Assembly: GCA_041891055.1 (NCBI GenBank)
Contig: CP169075.1
Location: forward strand, 32,001 to 96,000
Origin: Halorutilales archaeon Cl-col2-1
GTDB lineage: Archaea; Halobacteriota; Halobacteria; Halobacteriales; Afararchaeaceae
Length of the DNA stretch: 64,000 bases
Direction of reading: 5' to 3'
A program made the position numbers and the translations under genes. A model generated the notes under the pieces. That model was not told the origin of the DNA. It ran no database searches and was given only the letters and a program-made list of their open reading frames with translations. Shown here in pieces: positions 19,814-30,608 of the stretch (the stretch's first letter is position 1; the number at the start of each line of letters is the position of its first letter).

Positions 19814-22708
19814 TCACTCGCTGTTGTACTCTCGTACTATCTCCTGTAACTCCTCGATAGAAAGAGGCTCTACCTCAACTCTCTCTCCATCCTTCGTATA
19901 GAACAAACTCGTCGTGACGTCTTTTTCTGCAAACCACTCTGAGAGAACGTGGTAGTAAATACTTAGCTGCTTTTGGTACTCGGGTTGGGCTTTTCGGGTA
20001 CTATCTGTCTTGTAATCGATTATCTCGACCTCATCGTCTGTTTCGTGGACAAGGTCGACAATGCCCGATATTACTACTTGTTCTTCATCTACTTGTAGTG
20101 GTAGAGTGACCGGCTCCTCAACGTGTAATTCGTCCGATAGTCCATCGATTAAGTCTTTGACCCGTCGTTCGTCGGGATTAGATGGATCCACGTCTTCGCC
20201 GAGTGCATATGCCTCTGCGAAGTCATGTACTTGAGAGCCAAAGTCCATCCCTCGGTCATTTGACTCGGCATCGATGCCTATCTCAGTCTCCATCTCTATC
20301 TCTTCATCAGATTCTTTGAACACTTCATTGTTCATCAGCGAGTGGGGTGAGTGACCGGTCGGTTCATCCGGTGTCTCGACTGTGAATGGCAACTCTTTCT
20401 GAACTATCTGTTCTTGACTGACTGGTTCAACATCAGGTTCTATATCCTCGAGGTCGAGGGGTAACTCCTCAAGGAATGTGTTTGGATCCTCCCCACCTGC
20501 AAACAAGACGTGGCTCTCTGCACGTGTGATAGCGACATAGAGGAGGCGTCTTTCTTCGTCGTACTCAGGAGGGAGACAACGACGGATCACGTCATATCGC
20601 CAGTTGTCATATATATGTGGATGTTCTCGGATTTCAGAGTATATCTTGCGCTGTCGGAGACCAACCGGATCCTGGTACTGAATTACGCTTGAATCACGTG
20701 CTGAGGGCGGGAAACGTCCGCTGTTCATATTCGCCATGATTACTATCGGATACTCGAGACCTTTCGCAGCGTGAACTGTCTGGACAGTAACCGAATTATC
20801 TCCAGCACTCGTATGCACATCGAGTATGCTACCGTTTTCTATCCCACGTTCGATGAAACGGATCAGATCGCCTCGGGTGAGAGTAGTCGAGTCATGGACT
20901 GACTGAACTGTATCGAGTATGACATCGGCGTAGTCTCCTGTGAATCCGTACCGTTCGAAGACACGGCGTGTAACTGCTCCGACAGACTCTAGAGATCGGA
21001 GGGCATCTCGAAACTCGACCATCTCAACAGGATAAGACTCAGTCTCTAAGATGTGTTTTATTTCGTCGAACGTGTAGCCTGTCTTCTCTAACACGACTGC
21101 CCATCCACGGTCGGCATCCCGTTCAAGAATCCGGAGCCATGCAAGGAGAAGCTTTGCAGGGTCGGTTCGGAAGAGTTCGACCCCTCCATCATATGCCATC
21201 GGGAAACTGTATTCATCGGCAACTTCGAGGAGTTCACGACCGTAGTCCCGAGTTCGTGTGAAGACGGCAATGTCTTCGAAGTCAGGAGGTCGTGGCTCTC
21301 CATTCTCGTCTTCAACAGAATACTCCTCGTTACCCACAATCTCCTGTATTAGAGATAGGACGGCTTCGTGTTCGTCCTCGTTTTGGAAACCACTCAGAAC
21401 CGTGTTGTCGAACTCAGCGTTCGAGGATAATCCGACGACGTCCTCGATTTCTGTCTCGTCGACTTCTTCATTACTTGATGCTGGTGTTACGAGTGCTTCT
21501 TCAGAGAAGTCCAGAATAGTCTGGGTGGATCTGTAGTTCTCTTTGAGCGGTATCCGCGTGATTGAGTCAGTGTCAAAGTCGACCCTGTCTGTGTCGCTGT
21601 TGAGGTCGGTGCTGAACTCTTCGAGACGGTTCTTGAACTCCATTATATTCTGTACATCAGCATACTGGAAAGAGTAGATACTCTGTTTCCAGTCTCCGAC
21701 AACACAGAGATTATCAGTACGAGTCAGGAGTAATGCGAGCTTGAACTGAATCTCACTCGTGTCTTGAAACTCATCGACCATTACATACTCGAATCCGGCG
21801 TCTTCACGGAGCCTCGGCTCTTCACAGAGGAGGACGAAGGCGAAAAGCTGGAGGAAACCAAAGTTGAGATAGTTTCGGCTGAGTGCGAACTCTAAGTACT
21901 CGAAGTAGACGTCGTGGACAAACTCTTTGAGGTCATCTCTCTCCTCATTAAATACCTCGTCTGCGACGGTGTCGTCTAACTTCTTCGTTCCTCGACCTCC
22001 TCGTAACTCTTTCTTTGTTGGGGCATCAGGGAGATGGATCTTGTTCTGTTCGAAACGTCTTAGACTATCTCGAAGCTGGGACTGTTTTCGACCGTCGTTA
22101 CGTGGCTCGTTGACCTCGTCGAATTTCTCTTTGAAGGCTTCGAAATCCCCATCGAGATACTTTTCACCGTCACGGTACCAGCCGTCTACTGTTGGAAAGA
22201 CTCCCTTAGAAGCAAGTTCTTTGATCAGATCAAGTAGCTCACTTGGACTCGGTAGTATCCGATAGAACTCCGTATACTCGGGGTGATCCCCGCGGAACTG
22301 CCCGAAGAACTCCCGGAAAAGCTCAGCTTCGATGAGTTCGTCCTCGATGATACGTGTTGATCCCGTGATCCGTCCATCGATACCAAGATGAGTCGGAGCG
22401 GAGTAGCCATGTTCTCTAAGGATATCGTGGCAGTGGGAGTGGAAGGTTCGGATCGGAGCGTCGGCTAACTCACGCATCCGGTAGTCACTGTGTTCGACGA
22501 TCCTCTCTTTCATCTCTGCTGCAGCACTTCGAGTGAATGTCACCAGTAGTATATCCTCAGGATCAACTTCGGACTGGTTTACGATATTCGCATACCGACG
22601 TGTAATCGTGAATGTCTTCCCTGTACCGGGTCCGGCATCGACGAGATAGATCCCCTCGGTCTCGTTAATGAGCTGTTGCTGTCGTTGGTTGGGTGTCGGT
22701 TCAGTCAT
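19814..22708 (-). CDS. UvrD/AddA-like helicase with a C-terminal PD-(D/E)XK nuclease
   Basis: AGPGTGKT, VDEFQD, VGDWKQSIY, ENYRS, TVHAAKGLEY, EERRLLYVAITRA, GIVDL...IDYKT. Confidence 0.93.
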   Translation of the reverse strand: MTEPTPNQRQQQLINETEGIYLVDAGPGTGKTFTITRRYANIVNQSEVDPEDILLVTFTRSAAAEMKERIVEHSDYRMRELADAPIRTFHSHCHDILREHGYSAPTHLGIDGRITGSTRIIEDELIEAELFREFFGQFRGDHPEYTEFYRILPSPSELLDLIKELASKGVFPTVDGWYRDGEKYLDGDFEAFKEKFDEVNEPRNDGRKQSQLRDSLRRFEQNKIHLPDAPTKKELRGGRGTKKLDDTVADEVFNEERDDLKEFVHDVYFEYLEFALSRNYLNFGFLQLFAFVLLCEEPRLREDAGFEYVMVDEFQDTSEIQFKLALLLTRTDNLCVVGDWKQSIYSFQYADVQNIMEFKNRLEEFSTDLNSDTDRVDFDTDSITRIPLKENYRSTQTILDFSEEALVTPASSNEEVDETEIEDVVGLSSNAEFDNTVLSGFQNEDEHEAVLSLIQEIVGNEEYSVEDENGEPRPPDFEDIAVFTRTRDYGRELLEVADEYSFPMAYDGGVELFRTDPAKLLLAWLRILERDADRGWAVVLEKTGYTFDEIKHILETESYPVEMVEFRDALRSLESVGAVTRRVFERYGFTGDYADVILDTVQSVHDSTTLTRGDLIRFIERGIENGSILDVHTSAGDNSVTVQTVHAAKGLEYPIVIMANMNSGRFPPSARDSSVIQYQDPVGLRQRKIYSEIREHPHIYDNWRYDVIRRCLPPEYDEERRLLYVAITRAESHVLFAGGEDPNTFLEELPLDLEDIEPDVEPVSQEQIVQKELPFTVETPDEPTGHSPHSLMNNEVFKESDEEIEMETEIGIDAESNDRGMDFGSQVHDFAEAYALGEDVDPSNPDERRVKDLIDGLSDELHVEEPVTLPLQVDEEQVVISGIVDLVHETDDEVEIIDYKTDSTRKAQPEYQKQLSIYYHVLSEWFAEKDVTTSLFYTKDGERVEVEPLSIEELQEIVREYNSE

Positions 22709-25313
22709 CTTTCTCCCCCTCCAGCAGTAGGTCACGGTTATCTATTCGACGGTAGTTCGGCTCTCCAGATAGACCTTCGACTGGAAAGCGTTCATCACCT
22801 GATCGGCGTCGATTGAGCTCTGTGAGACGCTCGTCGACGAAATCCTCGAACGCATCGAGATCTTCACGGAAGAAAGTCCGCTCCCGAATCTTGTTGAGTC
22901 TACGTATCGCCTGGTCACTTCCCTTCTCGGCGTCTACATCCTCAGATGTCCCTACGTCGACAGCCGTCGTGAACTCCTCGGCGAACTCAGACGAGCGGAG
23001 CTCGCTCTTCTCAGTTGTATCAGGGAAAGTTAGCTGGTTCATGATGTCACTGTATGATGGGTATCCAAGATCGTCGAAAGTCTCTTGACAGTCGTTGTAG
23101 CCATTGAGGAGCTCTTCATAGGCGTCACGAGATCCCACGTATTCGTCGAAGGTGAAAGGATAATAGGAGACTGTCGTAACTGCGTCCTCGATATTAGCCT
23201 TGCCTTCTATTACATCATCTATGGTGTCTAAGAAATGGAAGAAGGTGAAATCGAGAGGCTTGTTCGGCTGTATACTTCGGTAGTAGGTGAGATACACTGC
23301 TGCTTGGAAGTTCGGTGTATCTGCTGGGGAATCAACTGCCGCACGTTTGACAACTTGATATTCTGATTTCTTTCTCCCGCTTTTGTAATCGAGGAGGTGG
23401 TCTGGGGACTCAATTAGATCTATTTTGCCTTTGACACCGAGAGAACTATCCTCGAACCACCTCTCAGTAACTGTAGAGTCAATAGGTTGGTCGAAGTAGT
23501 TGGCGAAGAAATTCGATCCCCAACCCGATGTTGAACTGAGAAAACTGTCGGAGTCTGGGGAGTTACTGTCGAGATACTCAATTATATTCTCCAGACCGAT
23601 TTGGTATTTTCGTCGACGAAGAGTCTCATCTGCGGACGAAAAGAAGGGTTCTGCCTCGGTGATCATCACGTCTATGAGTTCATCCATATCGGTATTATCT
23701 ATGGTCTCGGGATGGTTCACGTAGAACTCAGCGAAGTCATGGAACAGGTTACCCTCGACGAACCTTTCTTGATCCGGTAAATCAATAAGCTGGTTGAAGA
23801 AGTAATCGCGCGGACTGTTGACATAGCTGTTTAGACTCGACTGACTTACTGTATCAACCGTTTCTGACTCCACATTGAGGCTATTGCGCTCGAATCCACC
23901 CATAGAGTCGTCTGAACGTTGAATGCGTTGATGCTTAACTGAGTTGAGGTCACTAAACCTCTCGAAGTCGTCTTCGAAGAGATCGCCGAAATAAAGACAC
24001 GGTGTAACCGGCTCACCTCCTGCGGAGTCCTGTACTAGGTAATACTGCTCGCTCCCGCTTTGGAGGAGACGTTGAAACCCACCGATATATCGTCCGAACT
24101 GAGACTGGGTATCAACCCAAGGACGTTGAGGTGCTGAGTGTGTCCAGTTCTGATCCATACCGATGTAGAACACTACAGGACGGTCGACGTAGTTGGACGA
24201 CTTCGCATCGGCTAGAAGGACTCCTTCATTTTCTCTGTCTACTGGAACCTCATATGTCTCTAAGTAGTAGGAAAGTTGATCGACATAATCGTCTGTGATC
24301 TCTTTCTCTGACAGACCGAGTTTATCGAGTTCTTCGCCGAAACGTTCAAGTTCAATACCGGTTTTCTCTGTATATTCATTGAGAGCGTCGTCAAATGTTC
24401 GTCTGTCTATGTTGTCACAGAAGCCGTGTAGCCAGTCGAGAACTGAAGACTCTACGGAAGCAAGACGCTTCTCATAGTCATCGAACGGGACATCGAGTCC
24501 CATCTGTGTAAGAACGGGAGCCACGTCCCCAACGGTCGTCTCAGAGCCTCGGAACGGTATCCTGAGTAACCGTACGAAAGCTCTGTGGTGAGGGTCATCG
24601 ATAAATCCGGGTCCACCATAGAACGGTATCTCAGCGGATTCAAATGCTGATTCGATAAGAGAGGAGTATTTGCTTGCACTATCGACTACGACGGCGACGT
24701 CGTCGGCATTCTGTGGATTAACTGTATCTAATAGTGCATTGACGATTTCAGCTGAAGATTCGAAGATATGGAAGGAAGGGTAGTTGAACTTTTCGTCAGT
24801 GAATAGTTCTATGCGGTCGACGTCCGGTGGCAGTATACTACGTTCGAGGTTCGTGAGCTGATCGTAGCCGACTACAGCTACAGACTGATTGTTTTCGACC
24901 TCGTAGTCGGTAAGCTGTCGGGATGTCGTCCTGAGTGAGGACATAATCTCTACAGCGTCTCGAGTCGCCTCGTTGATGTAGGCATCGTATTCGAAGATGG
25001 AGTCGAGACTGCCTTGGTGTTCCCAACACTGTAACACGTTACCGATAGCATACGAGATGGCTTCCCAGTCGTGTTTGGTCTCGTCGACTACTTCAAGAAA
25101 GGCTATACGGTCTTCTGCTTGTTCCCGTCTGCCAGCTGCGAGACGGCGTGGAGTAGTCGAGAAGGATCCAAACTGTGGACGGTCGAGACGTCGGTTGATC
25201 GCACTCGCAAAAGGGGCATCGGGAGTGATGACGAGGTCATAGTCTTTGACTTCTGAGTAGACTTCGTCGGCGTCTTTCGCTCGGTGAATTGGCACGGGTA
25301 TGTCCAAGCACAC
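22701..25313 (-). CDS. AddB-like inactive-helicase/PD-(D/E)XK nuclease partner
   Basis: SQSSLNSY..P, GNLFH, GKIDL...LDYKSG, QAAVY; overlaps the start of the helicase gene. Confidence 0.85.
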   Translation of the reverse strand: MCLDIPVPIHRAKDADEVYSEVKDYDLVITPDAPFASAINRRLDRPQFGSFSTTPRRLAAGRREQAEDRIAFLEVVDETKHDWEAISYAIGNVLQCWEHQGSLDSIFEYDAYINEATRDAVEIMSSLRTTSRQLTDYEVENNQSVAVVGYDQLTNLERSILPPDVDRIELFTDEKFNYPSFHIFESSAEIVNALLDTVNPQNADDVAVVVDSASKYSSLIESAFESAEIPFYGGPGFIDDPHHRAFVRLLRIPFRGSETTVGDVAPVLTQMGLDVPFDDYEKRLASVESSVLDWLHGFCDNIDRRTFDDALNEYTEKTGIELERFGEELDKLGLSEKEITDDYVDQLSYYLETYEVPVDRENEGVLLADAKSSNYVDRPVVFYIGMDQNWTHSAPQRPWVDTQSQFGRYIGGFQRLLQSGSEQYYLVQDSAGGEPVTPCLYFGDLFEDDFERFSDLNSVKHQRIQRSDDSMGGFERNSLNVESETVDTVSQSSLNSYVNSPRDYFFNQLIDLPDQERFVEGNLFHDFAEFYVNHPETIDNTDMDELIDVMITEAEPFFSSADETLRRRKYQIGLENIIEYLDSNSPDSDSFLSSTSGWGSNFFANYFDQPIDSTVTERWFEDSSLGVKGKIDLIESPDHLLDYKSGRKKSEYQVVKRAAVDSPADTPNFQAAVYLTYYRSIQPNKPLDFTFFHFLDTIDDVIEGKANIEDAVTTVSYYPFTFDEYVGSRDAYEELLNGYNDCQETFDDLGYPSYSDIMNQLTFPDTTEKSELRSSEFAEEFTTAVDVGTSEDVDAEKGSDQAIRRLNKIRERTFFREDLDAFEDFVDERLTELNRRRSGDERFPVEGLSGEPNYRRIDNRDLLLEGEKDD

Positions 25314-25436
25314 GACTCAAAAAAAGATACTGGTGCTTGTTGGACTCAGTATCAGCTACAGATCATTTGTCTTCACTTCCGTGTCGGCAGAACTAGAGTC
25401 TACTGACAAGCCCTTCTTTAGGGGTGGGTAGCTGAC

Positions 25437-25778
25437 TTAATCAGCAGCGTTGATAGCACTATTCAACTCGAAGAGCTCCTTGACGACCTCGCTTTCGGTC
25501 AATCGGTATCGTTTCGGAGAGGTGTTAGGAACCTCTTCGAGGATATTTACTTCGAGTAATAGATCTATGTAGTTCCCTACCGTCTGTCGCGTGACCCCGG
25601 CGTGCTCGGCTAACTCAGTCTTATTAAACTCCTTTCTAGGAGGGAGGTCTAAGAGAGCGTCTATAAGTATAGGTATACTCTCGTGTTGAGTCAGGTATAG
25701 CCATCCGCTAGGATGTTCTAAACGTTCCTCCTTTGTATCTACTTCCTGACTTTTGGATCCATCGGAGACTTGACTCAT
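25437..25778 (-). CDS. Winged-helix HTH protein
   Basis: FNKTELAEHAGVTRQTVGNYIDLLLEV. Confidence 0.85.
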   Translation of the reverse strand: MSQVSDGSKSQEVDTKEERLEHPSGWLYLTQHESIPILIDALLDLPPRKEFNKTELAEHAGVTRQTVGNYIDLLLEVNILEEVPNTSPKRYRLTESEVVKELFELNSAINAAD

Positions 25779-25851
25779 GTTTGTTACTATTAACTTTGAG
25801 TGGTATAACTCTTTGCACCGGTGTTAATCAGTATTAACAGTCTTTAATAAT

Positions 25852-25970
25852 AGCTAACCAACATTTTCGAAATATTGTCTAGAGATGTTGGTTAGCTAGG
25901 GAGAGAAATACACTCCAAAGCGGGTGTGGTGGTGTCGGTGTTAAGCTGGGTCAGGTGACTCAGGTTAACA
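25852..25970 (+). repeat. Composite B-linker-A repeat, copy 3
   Basis: Site B at 25852-25897; site A at 25939-25970. Confidence 0.95.
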
Positions 25971-25983
25971 GTTAGTAAGTCTC

Positions 25984-26251
25984 CGTCCTCAAGGAGTCGT
26001 TCGCAAATCTTTGATTTGCGACTGTAGCCAATCAGAGATTGGCATACCTACGAGAACGGAGTTCTCGGGACGGGAGCAAATCTGTGATTTGCGAGCCTGC
26101 GAGAGCAAAGCTCTCGGGACGTTGACGAATCGCAGAGCGATTCGTTCGCACACCAGAACGCCTTGCGTTCTGGGGACGTTCGTCAAACTTTGTTTGACGT
26201 GCCAACAAGATCGGAGATCTTGTGACGGGGCTTGACCCCGAGGCGGTTGAC
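25984..26251 (+). mobile_element. IS200/IS605 end remnant carrying nine short hairpins
   Basis: Ends GGGGCTTGACCCCGAGGCGGTTGAC and abuts the truncated cdc6 at its Walker A motif. Confidence 0.7.
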
Positions 26252-26438
26252 TTTTTCCTACTCCCGTTTTACCGTAAGCAAATATATTCTTGGGAGGGTC
26301 ACAGTTCATCACAGGCTGGAGAATATCAACATACTCAGAGATCTCCTCGTCTCTTTCTTCGATGTCTTCCGGCTCATAGTCTTCTCGAAGTGGGGTCTCA
26401 GTACGGAAAATCGATTCGTCCGGCTCAAAGAGTCCCAT
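26252..26438 (-). pseudogene. cdc6: Orc1/Cdc6 initiator, 5' fragment
   Basis: IFRTETPLREDYEPEDIEERDEEI...PKNIFAYGKTGVGK, then truncated. Confidence 0.88.
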
Positions 26439-26455
26439 GAAAGATTATCATACAT

Positions 26456-26725
26456 AAAACCACCCCCTTCAAGTGTTTCAAGTGTTTCAAATGTTTTACT
26501 TCTTTAAATACCCCCACACCCCACTGTTTCAAGTGTTCCTAGCTTAAAACAACACTCTCAATAGTTAGTTAGTTATTAAAAACAAAATATTTAATATAAT
26601 ACAATACATCTATTAGGTTTATGGGTAACTGAGACTTATTTTCAGTATTCTAGTATAGTGTCTAAATAGTATACGGATAGAATACCCCTAGTTATCCAGA
26701 ACAGTTGAAACGATGGGGTGGGGGA
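26456..26725. other. Putative replication origin: ORB elements flanking an AT-rich unwinding element
   Basis: Minus-strand CACTTGAAACACTTGAAGGGGG and GAACACTTGAAACAGTGGGG face plus-strand GAACAGTTGAAACGATGGGGTGGGGG across AT-rich 26545-26690, directly upstream of cdc6. Confidence 0.8.
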
Positions 26726-26740
26726 GTCTTTGATTTGCTG

Positions 26741-26860
26741 AACTAACCAACATTTTCGGAGAATTGTCTAGAGATGTTGGTTAGCTAGGGAGAAAAATAC
26801 ACTCCAAAGCAGGTGTGGTGGTCGTTGGTGTTAAGCTGGGTCAGGTGACTCAGGTTAACA
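26741..26860 (+). repeat. Composite B-linker-A repeat, copy 4
   Basis: Site B at 26743-26786; site A at 26829-26860. Confidence 0.95.
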
Positions 26861-26869
26861 GGGGCGGCT

Positions 26870-27328
26870 CTACTCGAACAGATCTTCGAGAGCCTCGTCT
26901 ATGAGATCGTCGACGTCTATACCTTTCTTTTTAGCTACGTAGAGAGCTGCGGCTTCGATGTTGACTGCCTGGAGTTCTCGTTTTGCTCGGTTGATTTCGG
27001 CTACTGTCTCCTGTTTTTCGAAACCGTTGGCGATGAGTCTGTTCAGTATCTGGTCGAATAGGTCTTGTTCTCCAGTTATTGTCTCTACGTCGGGAGGCGA
27101 ATAGCCTGTAGTATCTACCTCCTCGACAGAGAACTGTACTTGGACGTCGTCTTCTTCTCCTGTAGGTTCGAGTAAATCTCTTTCTTTTGCGGCTTCGAGG
27201 ATCTTTTCGGCTTCGTCTGGGTTGTACCAGTCTCTATCACGAGATAGAGAGAAGATGAACTCCACTTGGGTTAGAGTGTCTTTGTCTCTTATCTTGAAGG
27301 GAGTGGCTACTACTTTTTTGAGAGTCAT
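26870..27328 (-). CDS. DUF2240-like archaeal protein
   Basis: LKKVVATPF...EFIFSLSRDRDWYNPDEA...EAAALYVAKKKGID. Confidence 0.75.
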   Translation of the reverse strand: MTLKKVVATPFKIRDKDTLTQVEFIFSLSRDRDWYNPDEAEKILEAAKERDLLEPTGEEDDVQVQFSVEEVDTTGYSPPDVETITGEQDLFDQILNRLIANGFEKQETVAEINRAKRELQAVNIEAAALYVAKKKGIDVDDLIDEALEDLFE

Positions 27329-27415
27329 CTCTTGAGAGTTAGTTCACCCACGTAGTATGTATATCTTCATCATCCTCAAAAAGGTTAAATAAAAATAGAG
27401 TATTTTGTTATATGA

Positions 27416-29909
27416 ATGTCCGAAGACCTGTCTTCTATTTACGAAGATGTCCGTGACATAGGCTTTTATGCAGGTCAGATAGAATTAGAGAAGACTATTG
27501 AGGGGAATAGTCCCACTTTCGGTGACACTGAAGATGTAGTTAACGAGGTAGGCAAAGAAGTCCTTGACTCCATCGGGATAGACCGCCTGTACAAACATCA
27601 AACAGAAGCGATAGATGCTGTAAACTCAGGGGACAACATAGTAATAGACACACCAACTGCATCGGGTAAGACGATGACCTATGCTATCCCCATGATAGAA
27701 GAAGGTTATCAGGACAACACGAAGTCGATCTACATAGCCCCTCAGAACTCTCTAGTCAATGATCAGACAGAATCAATACGGGAGATGACTTCTTCTATAT
27801 CACCTTCTCCCTTTGATTCTGACTCACAGAATCTTGATAGATTCTCAGATAATAATCTGCCGCCAGGTTCTGTTTCGGTAGCAAGGTATACCGGACAGTT
27901 ATCCCAGACCGAGAAACGGAATGTGAGAAATGAAGAGCCCGAGATCCTGCTGAGTAATCCGGAGATGCTCCACATGTCAGTTCTGCCTTACGCTGAAACA
28001 CACTGGCGGTGGCTTTTTGAGAATCTCAGATACGTGGTTCTCGACGAAGTTCATAGATACCGAGGATACTTTGGGATACATCTATCACTGATACTTCGAC
28101 GTCTAAAGAGAAAAGCCGAGACATTCGGAAGGGATCTGCAGTTTCTATGTGCCTCCGCTACTATACAGAACCCTATAGAACATGCTAGCAGAGTAACTGG
28201 AGAGGATGATGATTCATTTACTCATATCTCCGAGGACTACAGTGCCTCTGGAGACAAACACTGGATGTTCTGGCAACCTCCGGAGAAAGATTCTAAGTAC
28301 ACTAATTTTGACTCTGAATCGGGAGACAGTATTAGTAACAGAAAGTCAAGCCACTCGGAAGCCACCGATATCTTCAGCTACTTTGTGATTGATAGATACC
28401 AGACTCTTGTGTTTACCCGAGCACGTCAAGGTGCAGAATATTATTCTATGGTATCGCAGAGAAGACTACAGGAGATGGGGCATAATGACCTCGCAGAAAA
28501 AGTAACTGCGTACGAAGGAGCGTTAACTGACGACAGACGGGAGGAGATAGAAGAAGGTCTAAAATCTGGTGACACATTAGGTGTCTGGAGTACGAATGCA
28601 CTGGAGCTTGGGGTTGATATAGGCGGTCTAGACGTTGTTATCTTAGACGGATATCCTAAGACCGTCATGTCTACGTTTCAACGAGCTGGTAGAGCTGGAC
28701 GAGGTAAAGACGACAGCGCAGTCGTTTTAGTTGCAGGTAATGACTCTCTCGATCAGTATATCCTCAGAAACCCCGACGATCTCTTCGAGGGCGATCCAGA
28801 GAGAGCTATGGTTAACCCCGCAAACGAGAAGATACTAAAAGACCATCTCGCCTGTGCAGCTTCTGAAAATCCTCTCGAGCTTACTGATAGAACATACTTC
28901 CCCAGTAACTTCATCGATATTGTAGAGGAGATGATCGAAGAAGGACGTCTTGAAGAGAAAGGTACGAAGTCAGAGTCAGAGTCAGGGTCAGGGTCAGGGT
29001 CAGGGTCAGATAGTAGCCACACTAAATTAGAAACCACAGAGGATGGCCCTCACTATTCGATGGCTATCCGAGACATAGACAGTCAGATGATACAGATAGT
29101 CGACAAAACAACGGGGTCGAATATAGCTGAGCTCCAGAGAAGAGACGCTTACCGTGATGCTCATAGAGGCGCCTATTATACCCACCAAGATCAGAATTAC
29201 AAAGTTGAGAACCTCGACTTGAAGGAGAGGCCGTGCCGAAGTAGTCCCTACTAACACTGACCAGATCACACAGACTGTGAGTGAGAAGCAAATAGACATA
29301 CTAAAGAGTAGAAATGGTAAGGTTCTAACTCTTGATACAGGAGATGAAGACGCATATGTCTGGTTCGCTGACGTAAGGGTCAAAGAGTCTTTTCAGAAGT
29401 ATCTCATCCGTGATAGAAGGACTCAGGAGGTATTAGAGGAGTATCCTCTCGATCTGCCGGATATAGAGGTAGAGACTGAAGCTTTCTATATCACTTTACC
29501 CGACAGTCTCAGACGAGATCTGATGGCTGGTATAGAAAGTGGTTCTGAAGATGACGATAAATACCTCGGAGGTCTACACGCTGCTGAACATGGTCTAATA
29601 GCTATGACTCCTAGAGAGGTTCTGTGTGATAGAAATGACCTCGGAGGACTATCTATATCACGTCACGACGGGACTAACGAAGCTACAATATTTGTACACG
29701 AAGGGATAGAAGGTGGTGTAGGTATATGTAAGGAAGCTTTTGAGTCTATCGAGGATCTGATACAGAAGTCTCTTGATATGATAACGACGTGTGGATGTGA
29801 GTCGGGCTGTCCCTCGTGTGTCTACAGTCCTAAGTGTGGTAATAACAACGAGACTATAGATAAAGAAATGTCAGTAGAGATTTTAGAGAAGCTTGCTGGG
29901 AGTCTGTGA
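27416..29909 (+). pseudogene. DEAH-box helicase with C-terminal DUF1998 (Hrq1/SftH-like), frameshifted near 29230
   Basis: PTASGKT, DEVH, SAT, QRAGRAGR in ORF 1; LHAAEH, GGVG and CGCESGCPSC in ORF 2; removing one C in AGGCCGT joins the two frames. Confidence 0.85.
28968..29009 (+). repeat. In-frame hexamer microsatellite (A/G)GTCAG x7
   Basis: Encodes the SESESGSGSGSGS linker. Confidence 0.85.
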
Positions 29910-29955
29910 GAGAGATTGTCTCTAGATCTCCAGAGCGGTAGTGTGGCCTCTATTA

Positions 29956-30478
29956 TTTCAACTTGTGCAGGCGGAGTCCCCGTTCAGAAATCTCAGATTT
30001 CTGAGCCCGCGAGATCGGAGATCTCGGGACGTCCTCAAGGAGTGTTGCGAATCAGAGATTCGCATACGTATGAAAATCTCCGATTTTCAACACACCGCAG
30101 TCCGCTTACGCGGACAAGAAGCGCAGTAGGGCGGGGAGGAAGCCGTATACTTATTGGACTTCGGATATTACCTATAAGTACGTCCATCCGAGCCAACAGT
30201 TGTTCGGATGGATGGGCACCAGTCAACGTCTCCAGATCTTTGATCTGGATGGCTCGGAAATCGGAGATTTCCGAACGTGCCCCGAAGTCCGGAACAATGA
30301 CCCTGAGTGCGGTTCGACCGCCCACGCAGTACGGAACGGTACTGCGGTCGAGGGAGAGAACACGGACAAGCCCCGTTCGTGAATCGAAGATTCACGAGCA
30401 TGCTGAGGGAACCTCAGCATACGCCCTCCACGAGCGAGTGGGCGCAAGCCCCGAGCGAAGTAGGGCGGGGTTGTTGAC
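29956..30478 (+). mobile_element. Non-autonomous IS200/IS605 derivative related to 7399-8880
   Basis: Shares left end TTTCAAC..GCGGAGTCCCCGT..CCTCAA, the tnpB 3'-end sequence (AGTCAAC..GCCC.GAAGTC..ACGGACAAGCCCC) and right end GAAGTAGGGYGGGGTWGTTGAC. Confidence 0.8.
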
Positions 30479-30608
30479 CCATGCTTGACTACTCGGTCTA
30501 AGTGATTCACTCAATGGTTCTCGTTATGCACTTAGAACTACATATGAGAATAAGATAAGTATTAATTGTATAAAAAAGCTTAATCAGTTTCATTTCTATT
30601 TAGCTAAT

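Noticed and set aside
25989-26251. C-terminal part of the 149-aa ORF as a real Cdc6 extension
   Set aside because: It is read-through into the IS remnant and hairpin array after GKTGVGK.
28968-29009. Phase-variation switch, or a relation of GGGTCAGG to site A
   Set aside because: Hexamer units preserve the frame in a flexible linker, and the short match to site A is explained by the microsatellite.
29916-30510. ORFs 29916-30488 and overlapping frames
   Set aside because: They are translations of a non-coding IS derivative with hairpin inserts. The same applies to 38025-38441 and 19134-19560.
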